Source of the DNA: Hypanus sabinus
Lineage: Eukaryota
Assembly (NCBI RefSeq): GCF_030144855.1
Contig: NC_082722.1
Location: 21,204,001 to 21,268,000 of the forward strand
DNA length: 64,000 nucleotides
Direction of reading: 5' to 3'
Position numbers and translations under genes: made by a program. Of this stretch, positions 52,340 to 64,000 are shown piece after piece (positions within the stretch are counted from its first letter, which is position 1; every line of letters begins with the position of its first letter). The notes below the pieces were generated by a model. That model worked only from the letters and a program-made list of their open reading frames with translations, was not told where the DNA came from and made no database searches.

Positions 52340-52630
52340 AAGTACAAGACAAAGGTTCACAGTGAGAAAAACAGAAAGACGGAGAAGAGAGCTGGTGGAG
52401 GGGGACTGGTTGGCTCTGGTGTCCAAAAAGATGCGGAGGGCTTTGGTGCTTTCCTGGTGGGCGGTGGAGGTGTATAGGGACTGGACATCCATAGTGAAAA
52501 CGAGACGACCAGGGCAAGGGGTCAACCGAACTCACATCAGAAGAACTTGACTCAGTTTTATTCCCCCGGTTCAGTTCCTTCCTACCCACATATGTGACAC
52601 TTCACACGCTCTTCATCTTGTCAATGGAAA
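52340..52630 (-). mobile_element. Penelope-like RT fragment
   Basis: LVFTMDVQSLYTSTAHQES...LRIFLD. Confidence 0.75.
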
Positions 52631-54049
52631 AACTGCTGTTTGTAATAAGAAACAGATGAGTACATGGAGTAGAAATAACACTAAGGATACAAGGTCCAGT
52701 TCCATTCCATTGTTTGTGTATTCATTCCGTGGAACAATATGGTCTTTTTGAATTCATCCAAGGTTTGCGATAAAGATTACAGTGTGAATTCAGTACTCAG
52801 CACTACAAAGAGAAAATCCAACATCAGCTGAATGACTTGGCATTTGCAGAACTGAATGTGAGAAGACAGGAGCTGCTGTGGGCAACTTATTGTTTCTCCA
52901 CTGAGAGCCATGTTGGGAGTTTCTTTTGTGTAATGTGAAATCAGTTGATTGACAAGAATATCAATCATTCAAACATTAAGTTTCATAAAGCAACAAATCT
53001 GACATCATACAGGACAATAATAATAAACCCGATTCTGACTGCAATTCTGTGATTTCTGTTTAAGACATAACTGAATTTTCAATAGTTTGCTAAGGCATAA
53101 TTACCTCTTGGAAACCTTTGGTCGAAATACTAATTTTACATGTGTTTAATCCTTCAGAACTGCTTCAAAATGTTTAAAGAATTTTGAGAATTCATTGTAG
53201 TTTTCATCCATGAACACAATTTAACATTTACTTTAGTCATTGCAAAATGATTGATAAGTTAAAGTGTAATTTTTACTTCCTAGTTAGTTGCCTGTGAGAA
53301 TTATTCATCAGTTTTTCGGCCAAATTGTCAGCAGGACTACAGCGAACATCTCATTTTTCTTCCAACATGGAGAATGCCCCATGTTTCCCCTTAAACTATT
53401 CTTTCTTTAAATGCTGATCAGCTCTACCCTGATTCCACCTAGCGGCGGAAACCAATTAATGTACCAAGTACCATATCACTAGGAAACCCGAGTGACCGGG
53501 AAAACTCACGCTATCACAGAGACGGTGCAAACTCCATGTAGAGCACTCCTTTCAGCAACTGACGTCTGGGATGAAATCAAATGAAAAAGCGAAATCCCTA
53601 TCACAGACTCGGTCGATCCTTGAGAGCAAACTTCTTCCAAGAGCAATAATAGATCACAGAACATAGCAGCCCACGTTGTGTCGAGATTTTAAACTACCCT
53701 AATATCAATCTAACCCTTCCCTCCCACATAGTGCTCAATTTTCCTTAACCCATGGTCCTATTTAAGAGTCTTTTAAATTTCCCTCCATCATCACACCCAG
53801 CAGTGGGTTCCATACACCCACCACTCCCAGTGTAATAACACAGCCCCTACCCTCCTCTGACATCTTCCGCTTCCCCATCTCTACTTTCCTCTAAGCACCT
53901 TACAATTATGCCTCCTCACATTGTCCATTTTTGCACTGGGAAAAGTCTCTGGCCGTCCACCGGATCTCTGCCTCTATCATCTCTTACACCTCTATTAAGT
54001 CACCTCTCAACACCCTTCTCTCGAAAAGGAAACAATAATCTTTCACTAA

Positions 54050-57000
54050 TGTAAAGGGGATTTCTTCTTTTTTCTTTGTTACTGTGTATGTAATCGAAAA
54101 TGGCTTCTTTGTTTTGTTAAAAGCAGGAATGTTTCTTTGGTGCGAGAGAGTGCTGGAAGCTTGTTTGGGTTAAAATTTACTGATAACGAGAATTGTATTC
54201 CTTTGCAGACCAATTGGGATTAATGTTGTTCTTTCTTCTGAGTCTGTAAGCTATTGTTGGCGGGCTTTTTGGGAGATCAGCGAGAGTGGGTGAGAGAGAG
54301 GACGCGATGCTGTAAGCTGGGCGAGGAACGGACCCCAAGCGGGGGTCCGAGGCCAGGAGGTACTCCGAGGAGAGGAGATGAAGCTAGATGTGCTTGGTTG
54401 ACCACTTCGGATGGTCCTAAGCTGCGAGTCGAGGAGTTCGGAGAGGATCGAATGGTGGCCAGAAGACTTCAGTAATTGAGCTCCAACGGTTGTGCACGAA
54501 GTGGTTTGGACTTTGATAAGTTTGGCACCTTTTCTTTACTTTTTTCGTCATATATACTGTATCGTTATTAATCACTTAGTTATAGTAACCTTTATAAATT
54601 GTACTCATTTAATCGCTTATGGTGTACTGTCTGTTTTTGGGCGAGGTGGGGACATCACACAGCATCCACACCAGCTGATTACCCAGTTTGGCGGGGCCGA
54701 AGGCTGCTCCCCCTAGACGGGAACGAGCTGAGCGACCCTGAGGCGATCCAGGGGATTACATTGTGGGGGCTCATCCGGGATTGATTTCTATGGAAGCTGT
54801 GTGATCACCCTCTTTAAATTATGGCTGCGGCGAAGAGCTGGTGTGCCTTTGTGGGTGTGCGATTGCTGGTTATCACTGCGTGTGTGTTGGATGGGGTGGC
54901 TGCTGTTGGTAGCCCGGAGGTCGTTGTTCGAGTTCCAACTAGCGCTGACGAAATGGTAGTGGTACCATGGGCTGTCCGTACTGTTCGGAGAGTGACAGGT
55001 TGGGATGTTCCAGCAGTGGTGGGCTCCGCCCGGTTGTTGGAATAATGTCCAGCCCTAAAGTGGCGGAGGCGTGGGCGGAGCAGTCCTCTCAGTTGTTGGG
55101 TGAGTGGCAGTGCTTGGCTGAGGGAAAGCGACAGGTACTGGTTGAAAGTTTGAGTAGGCGGGCAGGTGACGTTGTTAGAACTGTCGGGCGCAACTACTTC
55201 GAAGTGACAGCTGCCAGTTCTGGGAAAGTGTGGGAAAATGCGTTTGGTTCGACTGGAAGTCAAATGCCGCAGCTGGGGGGGGGGCTTATCATATCCGTGG
55301 CAGGAGATTGGTGGAAAGTTTTTAGGGTATCCATTTTGGCTAGGGGGGCAGATGAATTGCTAGCGGAGCCAAGGGGATCTGTCAAGGGGATCAGTTGTTC
55401 CGTTATTCCGAGAGGTGTCGGAAAACGTAGAGTAGGTCCAGTTGGGGAGCGGCTTGGGGTCTCTGGGGGAGCATGTTCCCAGCAATGTACCAAGGAACTC
55501 CCGAAAGGAGCACACCCTATTCCTGAAGGCTTAGAGGGACCACACAATCAGGTGTTGTTACGAATGGATGGAAGTCAAGTTAAAGCCATCCTTGGCTCCG
55601 GGGCGCCGGTTAAGTTGCTGTACAGTTAGTTTTATAACCGTTATTGAAAGCATTTACCCTTGACGACATTGAGAACACTGGAGATTTGGGGTACCAGTGC
55701 CGGTGATTATCCAGACGACGGTTGTTGGTCAGTGAAAATTGAGTTCATAGAGGCAAATGTGCAGGTGACTGAGGTTCGTGAATCGTTAATGCTGATGTGT
55801 CTGGACACTGTTGAGACGGGCAGGGTTTCGGTACTGGAGAGAATCAATATCCTGCTGGTGCGCTTGGGGGCCTGCCCGGAGGAGGCGGGTGAGAGCTGTT
55901 TGGAGGCATTGTCGATGCACCCAGAGTTTCGAGCTGCTTGTGCGGACGTGTGTAGCAGCATTGGGCTGATACCGAATTCAAACAAGAGCCGGTGCTGGTA
56001 CGGCCTGGGGGAAGTATCCGAGGGTGAGACCCTCTTAGTGGACGCTGCGAACTACCACGAGGGAAGGGAGTTGACCGCTGATGACACCTCGGTAAGAGAG
56101 AGGTTGCGGCGACTGGCCCCGACAGCCATGGAAGACGTAGGCAGCGTGTGTGTGGATTATATTGCGCAGAAGAGGCGCACTGTCAGTGACCAGAATATGG
56201 TCCTGAGGGCCGAAGAGGCGATGGCCTATCTGAGTGGAGCGAAATAGCTTAAGGTGCTGGATCTGAGGAGTGGATGTTGCCAGATCCCGATGAGTGAGGC
56301 CGACAAGGAGAAGACGGCCGTTATAAATTCCCTAGGAGTCTTCCGGTCGGAAAAGATGCCACAGGGCATATCTGGAGCCCTTGCAACCTTCCCGCGGGGC
56401 ATGTGGAAGACCATGGGGGATGTAGAGGCGTTCGGAGTTTTGGTGTATTTGGATTTGCCTCAGGAGAATACGAAGTGAGGTCGTTGCAGGAGCGGCTGAG
56501 AACGACAGAGTTAAAGTGTTTTCTGGACACGTGCCGGGGCTGGCGAAGGTCGCAGCTAGTGAGTGACTGTCTCTCCGGAATCAATTTTGAAATGACAACG
56601 GAGAGACCTGAATAAGTGATCTGGAACCAATTGAAAGACTCACAAGTTGGAGAGAACGAAGAAAGTTGTCTGACTGAGGGCAACAGCAAACAAAGAACCT
56701 GGAGAGGGGAGTTTGCGGAGGTGAAGAAATTACAGACAAATCTCAGAAGAGGGAAGCGGAAGCTTGAAGGGAACCTGAAGATGACCATCGTCAGTTCAAA
56801 TGAAGTGCAAAACCTGAAAGTTGATATGGAAGAAGTCATGAGGAAGAAAAAGCTGGAGAGAAGTGCAGTGAATACTGAACTGGAGGCTGGCCAATCTTGA
56901 ACTGCTGCTTTTCAGGTCGGGATGGAAGAAGCTGTTGGAGAAATTGCATCCCAGATTGAGATGGCCGGGATGCATGAGTCAGAACTGCTGAGCCTGTGGC

Positions 57001-58263
57001 GAGAGTTCCAGGGGCCAGAGAGGAAGCTGATATCTCAATTGCAGAAGGCTGAATAGTCTGCAGGGGCAGTGCAGACCACGTGTTTCCGTTTGGAGAAGAT
57101 CAAACAGCAGCTACCAATCGCAGAAATGATGAAGAATACAGATTCGATGGAAGATGTGTTGAATGTGTGGTACATGCTGCCTTTTGCTGACTTTCCCTCG
57201 ATTGAGGAAGAGACCTTTGGCTCTTCTCCCACTGAGTCAGCTATAGTGGGAGGGTTAGCTATGTGCAGTGGGGGGCATGAGTGAGAGGTTGAGAGAGGAG
57301 TTGGTAGTGGGCCCGAGGTATCCCCAGTTGTGTCCGAGCGTGAAGGGTTTAGGTGAGGGGGTACGGAGGACTCAGATGGGTTAGTAAACTCCCAGATAGT
57401 TGGCCTATGTAGCGCCTGAGGAACAGGGCGTGAGGTTTACTGTGTGTGGAGGAGATGTCACTGTTTGTGCTTGGGTTAGGGTGTGTTGGCAGGAAAGGTG
57501 GCGAGTTATTTAATAGTCATGAGGACATGACTTTTATTTGGTGGGGAGAGAGTGCAAAGGGGATTTCTTCATTTTCTTTGTTACTGTGTATGTAATCAAA
57601 ATGGCTTCTTTGTTTTGTTAAAAGCAGGAATGTTTCTTTGTTGCGAGAGAGTGCTGGAAGCTTGTTTGGGTTAAAATTTACTGATAACGAGAATTTTATT
57701 CCTTTGTAAACCAATTGGGTTTAATGTTGTTCTTTCTTCTGAGTCTGTAAGCTATTGTGGGGGGGCTTTTGGGGAGATCGGCGCGAGGGGTGAGAGAGAG
57801 AGGACGCGATGCTGTAAACTGGGCGAGGAACGGACCCCAAGCGGTGGTCCGAGGCCAGGAGGTACTCCGAGGAGAGGAGATGAAGCTAGATGTGCTTGGT
57901 TGACCACTTCGGATGGTCCTAAGCTGCGATTCGAGGAGTTCGAAGGGGATCGAATGGTGGCCAGAAGACGTCAGTAATTGAGCTCCAACGGTTGTGCACG
58001 AAGTGGTTTGGGCTTTGATAAGTTTGGCGCCTTTTCTTTATTTTTTTCTTCATATATACTGTATCGTTATTAATCACTTAGTTATAGTAACCTTTATAAA
58101 TAATACTCATTTAATCGCATATGGTGTGCCCTCTGTTTCTGGGCGAGGCGGGGACATCACACAGCATCCACACCAGCTGATTACCCAGTTTGGCGGGGCC
58201 GAAGGCTGCTCACCCCCTAGACGAGAACGAGATGTGCGAGACTGAGGTGACCCAGGGGTTACA
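54050..58263 (+). mobile_element. Gypsy LTR retrotransposon (PNMA-like gag), non-autonomous, both LTRs intact
   Basis: 711-bp LTRs at 54050-54760 and 57553-58263 (TG...CA). 4-bp TSD CTAA. tRNA-Pro-type PBS tgggggctcatccgggat. PPT ggtggggagagag. Decayed gag, protease and RT ([21 protein letters not shown]). Confidence 0.92.
56570..57130 (+). pseudogene. Captured myosin heavy-chain rod fragment (MYH16-like) inside the LTR element
   Basis: [45 protein letters not shown]...VNTELE..QS, then MEEAVGEIASQIE...ESELLSLWRE. This follows the sarcomeric myosin rod (KRKLEGDLK; LEEAGGATSAQIE) as recalled. Intronless, with stops and deletions. Confidence 0.8.
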
Positions 58264-58466
58264 CTAATCTTTCCACTTAAAACATGCTGCCTAACTCGGG
58301 CAGCATCCTGGTAAATCTCCCCTGCACCCTCTCTAAAGTTTCCACATCCTCCCTAAAATCAGGTAGCCAGACTGAACACAATAGTCCGACTAGTGTTTTA
58401 CACAACTGCAACATGTGTCACTGCCTGCAACAATCAGGTCATCGCACTGAAAATTCCACTTACACT

Positions 58467-61400
58467 TGCTACGAATGTGCCATAACTCTGAGGGGCCGAA
58501 GGGTACAAAGTCGCCCCCTCCTTTTTGAGAATCGCAAGACCGCTATTAATTCAGGTCTGGGACCCAGGAAATGAGAGGGAGACACGCAGAATCCACAAGG
58601 TTTGGAATGTGTCCTGGCCTCAGCGAAACAAAACCATTGATAACGGCCATTGCCTCTTGGAGACGGAATTGTGTGTTGAGTATTGTACTATTCATTGAAG
58701 CCCTCAGGGGACGACCAGAGCGGGCTGGTTGAGGGATTGCATCATCCCCACCTGATTGACATCTGAGACCCCGTGAGGAAGGATAAAGGAGGGTCTGGGG
58801 AACAACCCCTTTAGACGCACCAGGAGAAACGCTAGAAATCCCGTGACAGCGTTTGATAGCCAAAGCCGGTGGGGCCCGTGTACGTCCTCTCTTGCCTGGG
58901 TTGGCGGCCTCACCACGGAAGAACGGCTTAGCAAAACGAAAGGCCACAAGTGAACGGCCACACTAACGAGACTCCGACGTGTCGAAACATAAAGGTCGGA
59001 AAACCCGAACGGTAACTGTTCCCATGCTATTCCTATTTCTCTCTCTCTCCAACAAAGTGCAACACAGCGACAACCAAAAGACGGCAGCTTGTGGAACTAC
59101 AGTGAACTGTATATTTCAATCGGACAATTCATTATCCCCTAGACAACGATAGAGCTTATTTGTTATTGATTATTATTATACCCGCACTTTTAGATTTAGT
59201 ATTGACGACGTATATTATCTGTATATTTGCACTGATATTATTTTTGTGTATTTTTACTAATAAATACTGTTAAACATCGTATCATCAGACTTCAACGGAC
59301 CTCTCTATCTTTGCAGGTAAGTGACCCAGTTACAGGGTTCGTAACAAAGTGGGGGCCTCGTCTCGAGATTTGATACCAAATTGGACGGCCAGTGAATCGG
59401 GCTTTTAAGTCCAAACGTGGGTCTGGTTGCGCGGGTAACCAGACGGGAAACCAGCAAAGATGGCCGTAGACGAATTTATAGAAAACCCAATTCTGGAGGC
59501 GCTAGAGGCGGCCACCAAGTCAGACTTGATAAATATTGCGAAAGGACTAAACCTTGCAGAGGTGAGGTTGTCAATGAAAAGGCGGGAGGCGCGGAGGGCC
59601 ATAACTGAGTATTAAATTGTGAAGAATGTGCTTTCTGCTGAGGTATTGTAAAATATCCCTGAAAAGGTACCAGCTAGCGGGACGGCTCAGTTAGAGTTGC
59701 AGAAATTAAGGTTGGAACATGAAATTAAGTTAAAGCAGCTGGAAGCAGCTGAAAAGGAAGAAGAAAGGGCTGAAAAGGAGAAGGAAAGGAAAGTAAAGAG
59801 CCGAGAAGGAGAGAGCGTATGAGGAGAAAGAGAAACAGAGGCAACTTGACTTGGACATGGAGAAGTTAAGGCAAGAGTGAAGAGCTCAAGGATCAGACCA
59901 AGAGGAGCGGTTTAATGTAAATCGGGAGTTTAGGTTAGTACCTCCGTTCGAGGAGACGGATGTTGATAGTTATTTCTTGCATTTTGAAAAGGTGACAGTG
60001 AGTTAGAAGTGGCCCAAAGAGCAATGGGTGGCGTTGTTACAAAGTGTGTTAAAAGGGAAGGCACAACGGGCATATTCGGCGTTGACAATGGAGGAGGAAG
60101 AGTCGGAGAATTATGAGAAAGTAAAAGAGGCCATTCTTCGGGCCTATGAATTGGTACCTGAGGCCCATAGACAAAAGTTCAGAAATTTAAAGGAAGTGTG
60201 GAATCAGACGTATACAGAGTTTGCCTATGAGAAGGGTGTGCTCTTGAATCGTTGGTGTGCAGCAGAAATAGTGGAAGAAGATTTTTGGCATCTCAGGGAG
60301 TTAATTCTGATTGAGGAATTTAAAGGTTGTGTTTCGGATGATATCCGGATGTATTTGAACGAGCAGCCGAATAAGTCCATCTCCGAATCTGCTAGGTTTG
60401 CAGATGAATATGCCCTAACCCACAAGACAAAGTTTTCCTCGAATGAAAGTTACCAGAGAGACCGTGGGAATGGTAGAGAAAGCCCGCCGGCTGAGGCAGA
60501 AATTCAGCCGGGAGCTAGGGGTAAAATTGAGGAGGAGGAAAGGCAAGACGGCAGGGGAGGTCCTGGCTTGACCTGTTTTAACTGTGAAAAGGTGGGTCAT
60601 ATTTCATTTAAGTGCCTTGTTCCAAGGAAGGAGACAGGAAAATGGAAAGCAGTAGTCCCTACAGGATGTGTTGTGGTGATCAGTAAATCGACGAGAGAGC
60701 CCCAAGTAGACAGAGTACGAGAAGGGTCTGAGAAATGTATTTCAGAAGGAACCGTGTCTGTGAGAGAGGGAGACACACCAGTGCCAGGGCGGATCTGGAG
60801 AGACACGGGAGCTGAGCTGTCATTGATTAGCAGTACGGTACTAGATTTTGGTCGCAAGACTAGAGAGGTGGCTTTGCATAGGATCATTATAAATTCTGAG
60901 CTCGTATCTGGACCAGTTGAAATAGGGGTGCGATCAGAATTCCCGAGAACTGACGTAGACATACTTCTGGGTAATGATTTAGCTGGTGGTGAAGTTTGGT
61001 CAGCTATGGAGCTGACGAGCCAGCCTGTAAGTGTTGAGGACCCGCCCCTAGATTCCAAGATCTATACCGCATGCGCGACCAGTAGCAGCATGTCGAGAAA
61101 GGCAGCTGAGAAAGAGACCCGTTTAAATCCGGCCAGTATCGATTTGGCCGAGACGTTTTTACCGACCCCGTGCCAAGAGGAGTTAGAGGGTGGTAAAAAG
61201 GAGAATAGGAAAGTGAAAGAGAGTAAGGGAGAGGAGGTAGACCCGCCCTTAGCCAGGAGGAACTTTATAGAGGCACGGAGTAAAGATGAGAAACAGATAA
61301 GGCTGTTAAAAGGTCCAGGGTTGGACATGGATGATCTGACTGGTTTGGCAGAACTGTTTGAAGAAGTTGAAAATTCTAAAGGTGTTCCCGATAATGAAAT

Positions 61401-63588
61401 GAGGGCAGTCGTAGATAAAAAGGATGCCATTTCCTTGAAGAAGTCTGCTGGGTTGGCAGATGAGGTTGTTGCAGCCCGCGGGGTTGAGTTTACTCCGGAA
61501 GGGAGTTGCCCAGAAAGTAACTGGGAGGATCAGGGGAATTTAGAATTTGAAAAGTGTACGGGCATTGAAAGCCTGGAAAAGGCAGATGTCCCGTTTGAGT
61601 GCGTTCAAGATGTGGATGCACGTGGTACTGAACCTAGTAATGGAGCTCAGTAAAAGTCTGAGGTATTTGATTCAGTGGAAAAGCAATGCAGTCCTTGTGG
61701 GTCAGATGGACTTGGTTCAGTGAAGAAAGGGTTAACCTTGGTACTAGTGGGAAGTGAGAATTCCCAGTTGTTTGTGTTCGAAGGTGTGTTAAAAGTTAGT
61801 GAGGAGACAAAAGGTGGTGATGTGAATTTTACTATTGAAGGGCAAGGGAAAAGTGTAGTTCCTAAATTGAATGAAGAAAATTTAAGGTCTGGATTGGTGT
61901 CAGAAGCAGTAACCAGGCTGAAGGGACAATGGCTTGGTAACACAGTGCCTGCGAATCAATTACAGGTTGATTTGGAATGTAAAGGTACCCCACACGCTGT
62001 TGTTATTCAGGAGTGTGCTGTGAAGAGGCCGAATTTGAAATGCTGCTTGAACAAAGGGAGATCGCCTGCAGAGTTTAAACTGAAAACTCATGCTAACAAC
62101 TTGGTTAAAATTAAAGAATTGTGTGGAAATTCGGAAAATGGACTAAGTTTGGAACACATTGTTGATAAAATAACTCCTATGAAAGGAGCATGCAAAAGCT
62201 TATTCCACACTAGTATACAAGTTAACCACGTGGGAGTTAACTGGAAAAGGGGCGAGGGTTAACGGGATGCCATTTAAAATAACAGGATCCGGTTTTAAGG
62301 GATTTCGACAAAGCATGTGAATAATAAAGACAACCCCACATGGACGATTGACAGTTAAGTTTGAAAGTAAAATAAAGATTAGTGTTTGCATGAACTTTTG
62401 TAGTGGACACGTAAGCTACGATCACAACTCCTTATTATTTGTTTGCTGAAGAAAATGAATAAAAATAGGTGGTTATTAAATTGGAGTCTGATGCTACAAG
62501 AATTTATTAAAGTACAAGATGTTAAGATATTAAAGGAAGTGACAATGTAATCGCTAACGGTTTAGATGCTGAATTGAATGTATAACTGTATTACTCTGTA
62601 GTGAAAATAAAACTCTTTTGTATTGTTTTAGATCCTAAAATCCTGTAAGACACTGTATTAATTCATTTTTACCGATGGTAAAAATCTTTGAAGAAAGAGG
62701 GTGTTATGAATGTGCCACAACTCTGAGGGGCCGAAGGGTACAAAGTCGCCCCCTCCTTTTTGAGAATCGCAAGACCGCTATTAATTCAGGTCTGGGACCC
62801 AGGAAATGAGAGAGAGAGACACGCAGAATCCACAAGGTTTGGAATGTGTCCTGGCCTCAGCGAAACAAAACCATTGATATTGCTATTGCCTCTTGGAGAC
62901 GGAATTGTGTATTGAGTACTGTACTATTCATTGAAGCCCCTCAGGGGACGACCAGAGCGGGCTGGTTGAGGGATTGCATCATCCCCACCTGATTGACATC
63001 TGAGACCCCGTGAGGAAGGATAAAAGAGGGTCTGGGGAACAACCCCTTGAGACGCACCAGGAGAAACGCTGGAAATCCAGTGACAGCGTTTGATAGCCAA
63101 AGCCGGTGGGACCCGTGTGCGTCCTCCCTTGCCTGGTTTGGCGGGCTCACCACGGAAGAACGACTTAGCAAAAGGAGAGGCCACAAGTGAAAGGCCACGA
63201 CAACGAGACTCCTGACGGATCGAAATCATAAAGGTTGGAAAACCCGTAGCGGTAACTGTTCCCATGCTATTCGTATCTCTCTCTCTCTCCAACAAAGTGC
63301 AACACAGCGACAACCAAAAGACGGCAGCTTTTGGAACTGCAGTGAACTGTATATTTCAATCGGACAATTCATTATCCCCTAGACAACGATAGAGCTTATT
63401 TGTTATTGATTATTATTATACCCGCACTTTTAGATTTAGTATTGAAGACGTATATTATCTGTATATTTGCATTGATATTATTTTTGTGTATTTTTTACCA
63501 ATAAATACTGTTAAAACATAGTATCATCAGACTTCAACGGACCTCTCTATCTTTGCTGGTAAGTGACCCATTTACGGGGTTCGTAACA
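58467..63588 (+). mobile_element. Gmr1-like Gypsy LTR retrotransposon with SCAN-domain gag, non-autonomous, both LTRs intact
   Basis: LTRs at 58467-59346 and 62702-63588 (TG...CA). TSD CACT. Degenerate tRNA-Pro PBS at about 59350. PPT aagaaagaggg. RNase-H C-terminal remnant (KGSDNVIA) at about 62530. Confidence 0.92.
60028..61653 (+). CDS. Retrotransposon gag-protease ORF: SCAN-like capsid, CCHC knuckle, aspartyl protease
   Basis: LKGKAQRAY...AYELVPEAHRQKFR...LRELILIEEF; CFNCEKVGHISFKC; RDTGAELSLI; DILLGNDL. The upstream gag from ATG 59460 is broken by stops. Confidence 0.85.
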   Translation: MALLQSVLKGKAQRAYSALTMEEEESENYEKVKEAILRAYELVPEAHRQKFRNLKEVWNQTYTEFAYEKGVLLNRWCAAEIVEEDFWHLRELILIEEFKGCVSDDIRMYLNEQPNKSISESARFADEYALTHKTKFSSNESYQRDRGNGRESPPAEAEIQPGARGKIEEEERQDGRGGPGLTCFNCEKVGHISFKCLVPRKETGKWKAVVPTGCVVVISKSTREPQVDRVREGSEKCISEGTVSVREGDTPVPGRIWRDTGAELSLISSTVLDFGRKTREVALHRIIINSELVSGPVEIGVRSEFPRTDVDILLGNDLAGGEVWSAMELTSQPVSVEDPPLDSKIYTACATSSSMSRKAAEKETRLNPASIDLAETFLPTPCQEELEGGKKENRKVKESKGEEVDPPLARRNFIEARSKDEKQIRLLKGPGLDMDDLTGLAELFEEVENSKGVPDNEMRAVVDKKDAISLKKSAGLADEVVAARGVEFTPEGSCPESNWEDQGNLEFEKCTGIESLEKADVPFECVQDVDARGTEPSNGAQ

Positions 63589-64000
63589 CACTAGTTACAT
63601 AAAAGTCTCATTGATGCACTGGGGCAGAGCTGTACATTAAAATTAAATTTAGTGGCTCTTCAGTTCATTAGCTATCACTTGAAGCTTCAATAAGCTATGT
63701 TGGAACTTCATGAGTGCCGAATTAAACCTAGTTTCTAACAAGCACTAGAAGAAATTTCTTCACAGAACTAAAGCAGCTTTAGATTCAAATGCTGAAATAG
63801 TTTGAATATTACTGTGAAACTGCTCAACACATGTTGTCATACATGGTTAATTATCAAAGTGATGCAGCAAAAAATTCCAAAGGATCTTATTTGTGGAGGT
63901 GTTGCCAACAACACATAAATCATGCAAGGCTTAGAGCTTAAATAATGTCTGAATTCAGCCATCTCCACGGGCATTGCATGTGTTGATCACTGTCAATAGG

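Noticed and set aside
1-64000. Prokaryotic-type systems (CRISPR arrays, operons), rRNA or tRNA genes
   Set aside because: The sequence is intron-containing vertebrate DNA. No regularly spaced repeat-spacer array or structural RNA gene was recognised. The tRNA-complementary stretches are LTR primer-binding sites.

Overview
Eukaryotic genomic DNA, about 40% GC and dense in repeats. The CR1, Penelope-derived and Gypsy repeat content suggests a cartilaginous fish, probably a ray (inference). The one clearly intact host gene is on the minus strand (20797->9888). It has six phase-compatible coding exons, assembled by hand from GT-AG signals: leader, a germline-joined V-J Ig domain, a C1-set Ig domain, an uncharged TM, and two cytoplasmic exons carrying two ITIMs. 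That makes it a non-rearranging, antigen-receptor-like (VJ-C1) inhibitory receptor of about 329-343 aa. The sequence also hints at secreted or activating and ITIM-less isoforms. The gene sits in the first of three diverged tandem paralogous blocks (about 0.1-7.5 kb, 22.5-29.3 kb and 32.5-40.8 kb), which may preserve exons of a second, decayed gene. The rest is CR1, Rex1/Babar-like, Penelope and Gypsy elements. Two of the Gypsy elements have both LTRs and TSDs: one carries a captured myosin heavy-chain (MYH16-like) rod fragment, the other a SCAN-domain gag. There is a 248-nt assembly gap at 37532-37779. No database searches or alignments could be run, so family assignments rest on motifs recognised by eye.
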